From Alphaproteobacteria bacterium (GTDB taxonomy: Bacteria; Pseudomonadota; Alphaproteobacteria; UBA828): a stretch of 64,000 nucleotides of DNA. Where the stretch lies: positions 384,001 to 448,000 of the forward strand of contig CBDCCI010000002.1 of the NCBI GenBank assembly GCA_965214705.1, in the 5' to 3' direction. Made by a program: the position numbers and the translations under genes. The notes beneath the pieces are model-generated. The model had not been told where the DNA came from. It made no database searches and was given only the letters and a program-made list of their open reading frames with translations. How positions within the stretch are numbered: the first letter of the stretch is position 1; every line of letters begins with the position of its first letter. Below, piece by piece: positions 10,444-20,428 of the stretch.

Positions 10444-11643
10444 ATGAGCACAGACATATCCAACGAGACACGGCTCGAATGGCGCCGCCGCTATTCCGGT
10501 CCGCAGTTTCTGCGCGAAGGATTTCGGCCCCTGTTCTTCATGGCCGGGCTCTGGGCAGCGCTCGCCACACCGCTATGGATCGCGGTGTGGACGGGCGCGA
10601 TTTCGTACCCTGGTCGGCTCGGTCCCGTAACATGGCACGCCCACGAAATGATGTTCGGCTATGTCGGTGCCGTGCTCGGCGGCTTCGTGCTGACCGCAGT
10701 GCCGAACTGGACCGGGCGCCTGCCCGTGCGCGGCTTGCCGCTTGCCGTGCTCGCGCTCGCCTGGCTCGCCGGCCGGGCCGCCATATGGTGGAGCAACGCA
10801 ATCGGCCCGGTTCCGACGGCTCTCCTCGATCTCGTCTTTCTGGCCGGACTCGCGGTCTTCGTCGCCAACGAGATCGTCGCAGGCCGCAATTGGCGCAACC
10901 TGCCGGTCCTCGCCGGGCTCGGGCTGATGGTCGCCGCCAACGTGCTGTTCCACCTCTCCGCGATGGACGCGGCGAACCTCGAGGAGGTTGCCGTTCGGCT
11001 TTCAATCGCCGTGGTGTCGCTGCTGCTGGCGTTGGTCGGCGGGCGCATCGTGCCGAGCTTCACGCGCAACTGGTTCGCGAAGCGGGACGGCCCGAAGATC
11101 GCGACGCCCATGGGCAGGTTCGATAAAGTCACGCTCGCCGTGACGGGGGTGGGACTGGCGACCTGGGTGGCATCGGCGCCGGCGCCGGTTGCGGGCGGTC
11201 TCCTGACCGCAGCGGGTCTGCTCCACCTCGCGCGGCTCGCGCGCTGGCGCGGCTGGAGGACGCTGGCCGAGCCGCTTCTGACCATATTGCATGTCGGCTA
11301 TCTGTGGCTCGCCATCGGCCTCGGCCTGCTTGGGGTCTCTCTGCTCGGGGAGTGGGTGTCCGAGGCAATGGCACTGCACGTGCTGACCATCGGCGCGATG
11401 GCAAGCATGACGCTCGCGGTCATGACGCGTGCGATCCGCGGCCACACCGGACGCGATCTCCACGCCGGGCCCTGGGTCGTGGCGATCTACGTTTTGGCCA
11501 CGGTGCCGGTGTTCACGCGCGCAGCCTTCGAAATCGCTTACGAGGTCAGTCTCCTGTGGGCAACCGCCGGCGCCTGGTCTCTCGCTTTCGCGCTGTTTGC
11601 GGCTGTCCATGCGCCGATGGTGTTCGGGCCGCCCAAATCTTGA
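10444..11643 (+). CDS. nnrS: NnrS family membrane protein
   Basis: GFRPLFF, WHAHEMMFG, LTAVPNWTG, GGRIVPSFTRNW, LHVGYLW, RGHTGR. Confidence 0.92.
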   Translation: MSTDISNETRLEWRRRYSGPQFLREGFRPLFFMAGLWAALATPLWIAVWTGAISYPGRLGPVTWHAHEMMFGYVGAVLGGFVLTAVPNWTGRLPVRGLPLAVLALAWLAGRAAIWWSNAIGPVPTALLDLVFLAGLAVFVANEIVAGRNWRNLPVLAGLGLMVAANVLFHLSAMDAANLEEVAVRLSIAVVSLLLALVGGRIVPSFTRNWFAKRDGPKIATPMGRFDKVTLAVTGVGLATWVASAPAPVAGGLLTAAGLLHLARLARWRGWRTLAEPLLTILHVGYLWLAIGLGLLGVSLLGEWVSEAMALHVLTIGAMASMTLAVMTRAIRGHTGRDLHAGPWVVAIYVLATVPVFTRAAFEIAYEVSLLWATAGAWSLAFALFAAVHAPMVFGPPKS

Positions 11644-11672
11644 GCCCGGATGGGGTCGGTTTGCCGGGCTCA
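11641..11672. terminator. Hairpin between convergent nnrS and integrase stops
   Basis: TGAGCCCGG ... CCGGGCTCA inverted repeat. Confidence 0.4.
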
Positions 11673-12723
11673 ACCCAAGGGGGGCAGTTGTGCGTCCAGT
11701 CCCATTCTCCTGGCGATTGCCTGGCCGATCCTCTCGGCTGCTGCCTCAATGTCGCGATCTGCGAGGTGAGCGTAGCGCAAGGTCATTCGCACATTGGAGT
11801 GTCCGAGCAGCCGCGAAACCACCGGCACCGGAACGCCGTTCATCACCGCGTGGCTGGCCACGGTGTGCCGGAGGTCGTGGAGGCGCACATCCTCAATGCC
11901 GGCTTCCTTCCGGACCCGGTACCAAAGGTTGAGGTCGGGGTGGCGCGGCCGGGACGGATCGCGCGGCGACGGAAACACGAACGGACTCTCTCCCCGAGGC
12001 TGCCGTTCGAGAATGCGCCGGGCCTGCGAGTTGAGAGGGACCTTCCGGGGCCCGGTCTTGCTGTCGGCCAACATGAGCGTGTCGCCCTGGACCTCGGACC
12101 AGCGCAGGCGCACGATCTCGCCCCTGCGGCACCCGGTCAGCAGCAGGAGCCGGATCACGTCGGCCTGCTGGCGGTTGCCCCGCCCGGCTTGCCCGTCGAG
12201 CGCCCTGTGGAGGCGGGCGATCTCCTCGCGGGAGAGGAAGCGAGTGAGTTCCGGCCGGCGGTTGGGCTGGATGCCTGCGGCCGGGTTGGCGTCGGCATGG
12301 CCGCGCGCGATGGCGAAGTTCATGATCTGGCGGAGGACGTCGAGGCTGTGATTGGCATTGCCGGGAGCGGTCCGGCTATACGCGTCGAACCACCGCCTGA
12401 CCCGCGTGGAGGCAATGCGGTCGAGCGGGATCGACCCGAACTTCGGCAACAGCTGCCTCGCAAGGAGCGAGCGGTGCCCCTTTTTCGTGGAGGGCTTGTA
12501 GCGCTGGAAATGCGCGTCCTTCCACTCACCCTCGACGAACTGCCGGAACGAGGGGGCGCGGCGTCTGGGTACGCTCTCCTTCTCAGGCTCGTGGGCGAGC
12601 TGCCGCGCGAGGCAATCCCGGCGCGCCTCCGCGACGGTCCTGAGCGACACCGGACCCAGCGAGATGCGTTTCGAGCGCCCGCCGGATCGCTGCAACCACA
12701 CGTAGCTCTTCCCACCGCCGGGC

Positions 12724-15071
12724 CTCTCAACTACCCACTGTTGAGTCAGTTCCATGTTTGATCATGTCCAGGTCCTTCAAGGCACGGTAGGTGAGGGTGG
12801 CGTGTCGCAGGTAGACGTAGCCCTTCCAGAGCAGTTGGGTTCCCGGCAGGGGCTGCCGTTTTCGTGGATCGAAGCCGGCGAACCTGGCGACATCGATGAC
12901 GAAGGTGCGGATGTCCGGGGGCTTGTCGGGCGGCGGACGGGCGCGAACCATGCCGTAGGCCATCAGCCTGATGTAGAGGATGGCGATTTCGTCGTCCGAG
13001 ACGACGTGGTTGGCCGGGGTGTCCGGCTTGTCGCGCGCGATGCGTTCGAGATCGAAGACGTGGCAGGCGGTGATGGCATCGAAGGCGACACACTTTCGCA
13101 GGTCGTCGGCGTGGTCGAGCTTTCGGTCCTCGACGCGGGTGCCGGTCTTCAGAACCTTGAAGTACTCCTCGATGGTCCATCGGCGCTCGTACCAGGTGAC
13201 GACGGTCTGGGCGGTCTCGGCGTCGGCGCTGCCCTCGGTGCTCAGCAGCAGCCAGTTGAGCGGGTCCTTGCCGGCGGGCGGGTCGGGTTCGGTCGCGGAC
13301 ACGACGAGCATGTCGACCGGCTCCCGGCTCTCGGCGTCGCGCGGTGGCGCCAGACTGACCCTGGCGGCGCGCAGCTCCAGCGTTGCCGTGCGCCTGGACC
13401 GCGCCCGCTTGCCGCCGCAGGCGCCGATCTCCACGGTCTTGCCGGCAAGGCGCGGGAGAGCGGCGACATGCTCCCACACGCTCTCCTCCTCGCCGCTCTC
13501 AAGGATCACCCGCCGCTGTGCCGACCGGCGCGCGCGCACCAGCAGCGCCGCGCCTTGCGATGCGGCCCTGGTGAGCAACGCCCAGATGTCGCCCTCCCGG
13601 TCGCAGACCGTGACCACCCGCGTCGCAGGGCAGGCGCGGGCCAACTCCTGCGCCCGCTCGTGCCCGCGCAGCCAGCGTTCACTCTCGATTTCCCTGTCGT
13701 CGCCGTCGCGGAAGCTCGCATCAAGGGCGAACACGCCGAGCGGCCGCCCGGCCGCGTTGAGCGCCAGACCCACATGCGCCACCAGTCCGCACGTGCCCTT
13801 GCCGCCGCCGCCCACCCCGACGAGGCCTTCGGTCGCTTTGAGCCCGTCGTAGTTCAGCGTGGTGGTGTCCTGGATCGCGAGAACGATGTCCTCAAGCTGG
13901 CAGCGCTCCACCATCGTTGCCCGGTGCGGCTCCAGGATGTGCTCCATGCTCACCTTCCCGCTCGACAGCAGCCGGTAGGCCGCCTTGCGCTCCGGCCGGG
14001 CCGGAAAGATCGCCGGGATCGCGGCCCCCGGGCGCTCCAGCCACGCCCGTCCCATGCGCTCGATCCGATCGCGGACCCGGCCGTCAGGATGCGTGCTGCG
14101 CGCATATTCCCGCCCCGCCCAGTCCGTGTCCTCGTCCATGTGCAACGCCGGCGCCGCACGGATGTCCCGGGCCGGCTCGGCGCACAAGATGGCCTGCCAA
14201 TCCGCCGCCAGCGGCTTCATCCACACCGTCCGCGCCGCCCCGGCGGCGGACCCCGGCGGCTGGCCCGAGGTGTGCTGGGAACAGCACCGCCAGCCCGCCG
14301 CCCGGTAGCAGGTGCCGGCATGCTCGGGGCCGACATAGCTGTAGGCCAGGACCGGCCGCGCCCTGTAGGCCGTCTCCCAGTCCGCCGCCACGCGCCCGGC
14401 CGCCAGCTCCAGCACCCGCGAGGCCAGACCGTGGACGCGCACGCCGGGCAGAAGCAGGAAGCGATGGTTGTTGATCAGGAGCGGCAGGTTCAAAGCCCGC
14501 GCGTCCGCCGACCAGCCGATAAAGTCGTCGCGCGCCTTCTGGTGCCAGCTCGCGGCGCAAAACCCGATGCCGCCGAGGCGGCCGTGAAGCGAGGAACGCA
14601 CCCAGTAGCGCAGCTGCCCGCCCGGAGCCCGCGCCCAGCCTTGCGGGTGGTGCGTCGCAATCATCGCTTGCCACAGTTGCCGCTCGGCATCGCCGTCGAC
14701 CGGCTCCAGTGTCACCGAGCCCAGATCCGCAAGCCGGCAGCGAAGCGAAAGGTCGGGGTAGGCTTCGATGGGCGCACTCTCGCGACGCCCCCGGCCGAAC
14801 GCCGCCCGCGCCGCCGGCAGCGCGAGCCCGAGCTTGTCCGCCAGAACCGGCAGAGCCTTGCGCGCGGACGCAAGACAGTGCTCGCCCCGATCGCCGGTCC
14901 AGTCCTCAAGCGCGCAGAGATCGCGGGCAAGAGAACTGCGAGTGCGGCCCTCCTCCAGGACCGCCTTGCTCAACCACTCGATCGTGTCGGCGTGAAACTG
15001 GTGAAGGCCAACTTGCATGGCACGACATGTAGCCCACACCACTCATTGAGTCAACTGTGGACCGGTGTGAG
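12724..15071 (-). mobile_element. IS4-family (IS50/Tn5-like) element encoding a DUF4338-transposase fusion
   Basis: Imperfect 25-bp TIRs beginning CTC; 9-bp TSD CCGCCGGGC (12715-23, 15072-80). Confidence 0.9.
12727..15042 (-). CDS. DUF4338 (DruA-like) domain fused to a Tn5-type DDE transposase
   Basis: N-terminal HHPQG...RDDFIGW...NNHRFLLLP...GTCYRAAGW; C-terminal IQDTT, VCDREGD, YERRWTIEEYFKVLK. Confidence 0.85.
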   Translation of the reverse strand: MVWATCRAMQVGLHQFHADTIEWLSKAVLEEGRTRSSLARDLCALEDWTGDRGEHCLASARKALPVLADKLGLALPAARAAFGRGRRESAPIEAYPDLSLRCRLADLGSVTLEPVDGDAERQLWQAMIATHHPQGWARAPGGQLRYWVRSSLHGRLGGIGFCAASWHQKARDDFIGWSADARALNLPLLINNHRFLLLPGVRVHGLASRVLELAAGRVAADWETAYRARPVLAYSYVGPEHAGTCYRAAGWRCCSQHTSGQPPGSAAGAARTVWMKPLAADWQAILCAEPARDIRAAPALHMDEDTDWAGREYARSTHPDGRVRDRIERMGRAWLERPGAAIPAIFPARPERKAAYRLLSSGKVSMEHILEPHRATMVERCQLEDIVLAIQDTTTLNYDGLKATEGLVGVGGGGKGTCGLVAHVGLALNAAGRPLGVFALDASFRDGDDREIESERWLRGHERAQELARACPATRVVTVCDREGDIWALLTRAASQGAALLVRARRSAQRRVILESGEEESVWEHVAALPRLAGKTVEIGACGGKRARSRRTATLELRAARVSLAPPRDAESREPVDMLVVSATEPDPPAGKDPLNWLLLSTEGSADAETAQTVVTWYERRWTIEEYFKVLKTGTRVEDRKLDHADDLRKCVAFDAITACHVFDLERIARDKPDTPANHVVSDDEIAILYIRLMAYGMVRARPPPDKPPDIRTFVIDVARFAGFDPRKRQPLPGTQLLWKGYVYLRHATLTYRALKDLDMIKHGTDSTVGS

Positions 15072-15199
15072 CCGCCGGGCCGGACCCGGACCCCGAGGCC
15101 GCAGGTGCGGTCGTCCCAGACGGTGAACTCCCGTTCTCGCGGACGGAGACGTTCGACGGCGGCGTCGGTCAGCCGCATGCGTTCCCTGCCGGCCATCGA

Positions 15200-16324
15200 T
15201 CAGTTTCCTTCCAGCACGGCGCCGACGATTTCGGCGGCTTCCATCGTCATGGCGTCGCTGAGGTGCGTGTACTTGAGGGTCGTCTCCGGGCTGGCATGGC
15301 CGAGCAGCCGACCGATGGCGAGCACGGTCTCTCCCTCGCGCAGGGCGATGCTGGCATGGGTATGGCGGAGGTCGTGGAGACGAACGTCGTCCAGTTCCGC
15401 CTCGGCGCGCAGCTTCCACCAGAACCGGTCCAGCCAGTTGTTGCCCTGCGGGCCTGCCGTCCGGCACGAGGGGAACACCCAGCGGCCCTTTCGCTCCAGG
15501 GCGTCGAGAATGTTTCTGGCGGGCTCGGAGAGCCAGACGGTTCGGGGACCCGTCTTCGAGTCGCGGAGGAACAGGCGCCCCTCGCGGTAGTCGGACCAGC
15601 GCAGCGTCAGGATCTCGCCCTTCCGGCATCCGGTCAGCAGGAGGAGGCGCACGACCGCCACCTGCTCCGGATGCCGCCCCTCATGGGCCGCGAGTGTCGC
15701 CGACAAGCGGCGGATCTCATCGTCCGACAGGAAGCGCTCGCGCCCCTCGCGGCGGTAGCGCCGGATGCCCTTGCACGGGTTCGAGCCCTCGGGACGGAAG
15801 CCCATCGCCTCGGCCTCGCGCATGATGACGGAGAGCACCGGCATCGACCGGTCGGCGGCGACCGGGGTGGCGCGCAGCGAAGCGAACCAGTTGGCGATGT
15901 CCCGGCTGTCGATGTCGTCGACCTGCCGTCCCGCGAAGTGCGGCAGGATCTGGTTTCGCAGGTAGCCCCGGTTCACTGCCAGCGTTCCCGCCTTCCAGAT
16001 GCGGCTGCGGCGCTCGAACGCGGCCTCGGCAACGACCTCGAAGAGGGTCTCGGTGGGATCGCGTGGCGGGTTCTCCCCCAGACGGATCGCGGCGAGCATG
16101 GTCACGGCGCGCGATCGCGCCTCGCTGACATCCATGGTGGCGGTGTCACCTATGATTTTCCATACGCGCTCGCCGCGATGCTGGCAGTGGACGAAGAGGC
16201 GCTTGGCGCCCGAGGGCAGCACGCGGAGGCCGAACCCCCTTAGCTTGCCGTCGCGAATGTCGTATGCGGTCTTGCGGGGCTTGAGCGCGCGGATGCGGGC
16301 GTCGGTAAGGTCGGTTCTGGGCAT
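15200..16324 (-). CDS. Tyrosine recombinase 1 with arm-DNA-binding N-terminus
   Basis: LRGFGLRVLPSG; TGCRKGE, DSKTG, HDLRH, LLGH, TLKY. Confidence 0.92.
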   Translation of the reverse strand: MPRTDLTDARIRALKPRKTAYDIRDGKLRGFGLRVLPSGAKRLFVHCQHRGERVWKIIGDTATMDVSEARSRAVTMLAAIRLGENPPRDPTETLFEVVAEAAFERRSRIWKAGTLAVNRGYLRNQILPHFAGRQVDDIDSRDIANWFASLRATPVAADRSMPVLSVIMREAEAMGFRPEGSNPCKGIRRYRREGRERFLSDDEIRRLSATLAAHEGRHPEQVAVVRLLLLTGCRKGEILTLRWSDYREGRLFLRDSKTGPRTVWLSEPARNILDALERKGRWVFPSCRTAGPQGNNWLDRFWWKLRAEAELDDVRLHDLRHTHASIALREGETVLAIGRLLGHASPETTLKYTHLSDAMTMEAAEIVGAVLEGN

Positions 16325-16443
16325 TTCCCCTCTTCCGGTTTCGGTTGCAGCCAGGGAACCGGGAGTTGACGGATCCGTCCGGATGCAACAATGTGGAGGA
16401 GAGAAAACGACCCTTTGTCAGATATTTAGCACCGCAGGTGCGT

Positions 16444-17228
16444 GACGTGGTGTGGCCCTTGGCGTTTCGCTTGGTGCCGACATCGCAGGCTTTGGGCAGA
16501 TCGTCGAGCATCTGCGGCAGGGTCATGTCGAGCTGGCGCTCCACGCGGCGCTGCTCCTTGGGCCGCTCCTCACCCTTGCGCGGGCGACCGCGCTTGCGCT
16601 TCGGCTTCTCCTTCTTGCGTTTGCGCTGAGGCTTCTCGCGCGCCTCGACCGCCGTCGAATCGCGCGAGACATGCCCCACCAAGTGGTCGCCGAGGGTCTG
16701 CTTGATCAGCGCCTCGTGCAGGCGTGCGGGCAGGGCACTCTCGGAGAACTCGGCGAAGGCCCGTGAAAAGGTCGCCTCGCTCGGCACTTCTCCGGCATAG
16801 TTCCAGCCGCACAATCGGCGCAACGTCTTGTCGACCTCAAGGCGCTCGATCAGCGCGCGTGTCGTGGGTACGTCGAACACCGCCTTGGCGATGAAGGCGC
16901 GCGCCAGCGCCGCACGGTCCTCGACCGGCCGACCGGGCAGGCCATGAAAATGGGGAAGGAAGCTCTCGACCCGCGCAAACTCAAGCACAGTGACGAAGCG
17001 CCGATACCTCTCGCCGAGTGGCCCGAGCTCCTCCTCAAGCCACGGGAAGAGATCGCCTTGAAGGGAGTTCAAGAATCTGGTTAGTGTCTGTCCCAGCGAC
17101 ATGGGACCGCTCTCCCTGTCGATGTCTTCGGAAGCCCGACAGGAACAGAGAGCGGTCCCGATTCCCAGAACAATCTGCATCACATGGCGGCAAAATCCCG
17201 CTCAACGGCGGAATTCTGCAAGTGGCTC
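16444..17228 (-). mobile_element. Truncated copy of the IS1182/IS5-like element at 18041-19561
   Basis: Near-identical DNA; keeps one TIR (...GCAAGTGGCTC) and is cut at about 16444. Confidence 0.9.
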
Positions 17229-17441
17229 CGGCGTGGCGGAAAAACCGGACAGGTCGATGTAGGCGGGCAAGGTTTCCGCGTCCAGGACGCGGATCGTCCA
17301 ACCGGGATTGTGGTATTCCCAGGAGCGCAGGCAACGTTTCACCAGTTCCGGCGCGTTCTCCCGGCCCTGGAGCCAGAGTATCCAGATGGTCCGGGGGACA
17401 ACCGGCAGTGGCGCGGCGCATGTCGGCGTATGGTCAGCCAT
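17229..17441 (-). pseudogene. Capsular polysaccharide synthesis protein (GT32-like) 5' fragment
   Basis: PRTIWILWLQGRENAPELVKRCLRSWEYHNPGW, cut by IS. Confidence 0.75.
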
Positions 17442-18040
17442 GCGCCTGCACGACGGCCTCGACCGGCGCGCCGCTCACTGCCTGTCGCTCGGCCGCCGCC
17501 AGACCTCGGCCGCCGGCCGAGTCAGCGATGGGCCCTTGCCGCCGACGGATGCCGGTGACGCATTCGGGACGACCAAGGGCAAAATGCTTGTGGTCCTGCA
17601 TGCGAGAAATCATGGATCAAAGCGTGACCGCTGGGCAGCCACCGCGGCTCTCGATGAAACGCCGCGTTCCGTGCCGTTGGGCGTGCATGAAGCTCAGCCA
17701 CATTCGAGAACCGTCAGCCGCGCAACGCGGCAGAAACAGGAGGCTGTCTCGATGTTCCGGGAACAGACACCCCGGCCGGATCGTCAGGGCCGTCTTGAAG
17801 CCGGCTCTCCTGGCCAGAAAGGCTTCCCGCACTCCGCCGACGCCGTGGGGATAGGCGAAGTGGTCGACCGGACGCCCGCAGAGGTTCTCAAGGAAAGCTT
17901 TGTTAGAGTACATCTCTCGGTACGCTTCTTCTTCGCCGAGCCCCGTCAGTTCGGGGTGGCTGGTCGTGTGTCCGCCGATGGTCGCCAGGGGATGATCGGC
18001 GAGGGTGCACAATTGCTCCCGCGACAATCCGGTATCCTTC

Positions 18041-19561
18041 GAGCCACTTGCAAAACTCTCGGGCACGGTGCGTTCATCCCGGGAGTTCGATATGAGGGCA
18101 GCGGTTGGTCGAACGTAACGCGAACGATCGGTCGAATCGACGGTTCGACATGCCGCATGGCCACCGTCGGGGAGCCGATTTGTCGCGAGCGAGGGCCGTT
18201 GCGGTCACATTCGTGGCCCGGCGCCGGGATGCGGGCGCGGCTCTCCGTGCCCCCATCGAGGGAGGCGTATTCCGGCATGACAGGGACAGAACCGAAAGTG
18301 AGGTTCAAGTCAGAAGGCGCGCCAATTGGTCTACCGTCAGCGCCAGGATGCCGAACATCGCGTGGCAGTAGACTTTGGCATGGCCGCGCACGCGGACATG
18401 GCGTCCACCGCAGTTGTCCTTCAGCCCGCCATTGATGCGCTCGACGTTCGAGCGTTCGCTGTAACGGTCGTCCGCCGGGTGGCTGTGGCCGATACGGCGC
18501 CGCGCCTTGGCCTCCCGCGCCAAGTCCTCTTTGAAGCCCCTGTCCCGGGGATTGATGTCGATGATTGGAACGTGGCCCAACAGATAGCTGTGCCAGCCGA
18601 TCTCAGGCGCGTCGTAGGCTGAGTCCATGAGATCGTACAGATTGGTCACGCGTTCGGCGCTCATGGTCGCCAGCGGGATCGCGACCTGACTGTCGTGCAG
18701 CGAGGCAGACGTCAGGATGCAACTGACCGGGATGCCGCCATCGGCGGCATCGATGTGCAGCTTGTAGCCGATCCACGACGTGGTGTGGCCCTTGGCGTTT
18801 CGCTTGGTGCCGACATCGCAGGCTTTGGGCAGATCGTCGAGCATCTGCGGCAGGGTCATGTCGAGCTGGCGCTCCACGCGGCGCTGCTCCTTGGGCCGCT
18901 CCTCACCCTTGCGCGGGCGACCGCGCTTGCGCTTCGGCTTCTCCTTCTTGCGTTTGCGCTGAGGCTTCTCGCGCGCCTCGACCGCCGTCGAATCGCGCGA
19001 GACATGCCCCACCAAGTGGTCGCCGAGGGTCTGCTTGATCAGCGCCTCGTGCAGGCGTGCGGGCAGGGCACTCTCGGAGAACTCGGCGAAGGCCCGTGAA
19101 AAGGTCGCCTCGCTCGGCACTTCTCCGGCATAGTTCCAGCCGCACAATCGGCGCAACGTCTTGTCGACCTCAAGGCGCTCGATCAGCGCGCGTGTCGTGG
19201 GTACGTCGAACACCGCCTTGGCGATGAAGGCGCGCGCCAGCGCCGCACGGTCCTCGACCGGCCGACCGGGCAGGCCATGAAAATGGGGAAGGAAGCTCTC
19301 GACCCGCGCAAACTCAAGCACAGTGACGAAGCGCCGATACCTCTCGCCGAGTGGCCCGAGCTCCCCCTCAAGCCACGGGAAGAGATCGCCTTGAAGGGAG
19401 TTCAAGAATCTGGTTAGTGTCTGTCCCAGCGACATGGGACCGCTCTCCCTGTCGATGTCTTCGGAAGCCCGACAGGAACAGAGAGCGGTCCCGATTCCCA
19501 GAACAATCTGCATCACATGGCGGCAAAATCCCGCTCAACGGCGGAATTCTGCAAGTGGCTC
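18041..19561 (-). mobile_element. IS1182/IS5-like insertion sequence, complete
   Basis: TIR GAGCCACTTGCA; 4-bp TSD CTTC (18037-40, 19562-65). Confidence 0.88.
18305..19435 (-). CDS. DDE transposase
   Basis: PSEATFSRAF, SRDSTAVE, GYKLH, LMDSAYD, RSNVER. Confidence 0.88.
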   Translation of the reverse strand: MSLGQTLTRFLNSLQGDLFPWLEGELGPLGERYRRFVTVLEFARVESFLPHFHGLPGRPVEDRAALARAFIAKAVFDVPTTRALIERLEVDKTLRRLCGWNYAGEVPSEATFSRAFAEFSESALPARLHEALIKQTLGDHLVGHVSRDSTAVEAREKPQRKRKKEKPKRKRGRPRKGEERPKEQRRVERQLDMTLPQMLDDLPKACDVGTKRNAKGHTTSWIGYKLHIDAADGGIPVSCILTSASLHDSQVAIPLATMSAERVTNLYDLMDSAYDAPEIGWHSYLLGHVPIIDINPRDRGFKEDLAREAKARRRIGHSHPADDRYSERSNVERINGGLKDNCGGRHVRVRGHAKVYCHAMFGILALTVDQLARLLT

Positions 19562-20309
19562 CTTCGTCACTGCGCCCAGCGATACGCCGTAACGCTCGAA
19601 TACGTCGCGCAAGAGCGGAGCGTGTTGCCCGATGTCCGTTCCCACCCAAGCCGTCACGGCCGCGAGGGCAGCAGCCTTCTCTTTGGGCGATGCGGCGGTG
19701 AACCGTTTGTTCATGGGCGGCACATCCAACACGTCGTTCATCCGGAACAAATGCTCCAGGCCAAGCCACCACAGGTAGCCGCTGCCCTCGACCATATCCG
19801 TTGTGACGTACAACGAAAACGGTGCTTCGAACCGCTCCAGTACCGGCAAGCCATAGATGACGTTGTCGGCGTATCCGTCATCGAAGGTGATGACGACGAA
19901 GCGCCCCCGGGCGGAATCACGGCCCGCCTCCCCGATGCGCTCGACGGCGTCGTCCATGGAGACCACCGCGACGCCGGCCTTGCGCATCGACGTCAGCCAA
20001 GCCTGGAGAAATCCGGGTGTGACGCATAGCTCTCCATCCAGATGGGCCGAGACGCAGGGTACGACGCGGTGGAACATGAAGATCGAACCGATGCCGGCGT
20101 AACGGCAACCGATAGCGGCGGAGAGGCCGCTGCGATAGAGAATCTCCCAGGTAAGTCGAACGTTCAGGACGCCCATGCGGATCATGGCCATCAAGAGTAG
20201 TTGTGCGGCCTGGTCACCACGGCCGTCTCACCAGTCTGCAAACCGACATCTTGAGTCCCCGCCTGGTCGAGTAATCTGGCGAGATCTTCACCAGGCCGTC
20301 GACTCCTAG

Positions 20310-20428
20310 CGTCGTAACACCGTTTCACCAGTTCGGGTGCGTTCTCCCGGCCTTGGAGCCAGCGCATCCAGATCGTCCGGGGGACAACCGGCAGTGGCTC
20401 GGCACGCGTCGGCGTGCGGTCAGCCATG
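20310..20428 (-). pseudogene. Second 5' fragment of the capsular synthesis gene
   Basis: MADRTPTRAEPLPVVPRTIWMRWLQGRENAPELVKRC, homologous to 17330-17441. Confidence 0.65.

Larger units (their letters stand above)
11670..15196 (-). pseudogene. Tyrosine recombinase 2 (arm-binding N-terminus), split by an IS4 element
   Basis: MAGRERMRLTDAAV...GVRVRPGG|GKSY rejoins in frame; TGCRRGE, DSKTG, HDLRH, LLGH, TLRY. Confidence 0.88.
17617..20194 (-). pseudogene. Polysaccharide deacetylase split by IS
   Basis: FMFHRV, ITFDDGYADN, then IGGHTTSHP, FAYPHG; rejoins as GAVTK|DTG across the TSD. Confidence 0.88.

Noticed and set aside
12727-15042. A Druantia defence system
   Set aside because: Only the DUF4338 domain is present, inside IS ends; no DruE helicase or other partners
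12754-15126. Long antisense ORFs (790 aa here; also 6834-9017, 57909-60155, 40241-41530)
   Set aside because: Shadows of real genes in GC-rich DNA with no recognisable motifs
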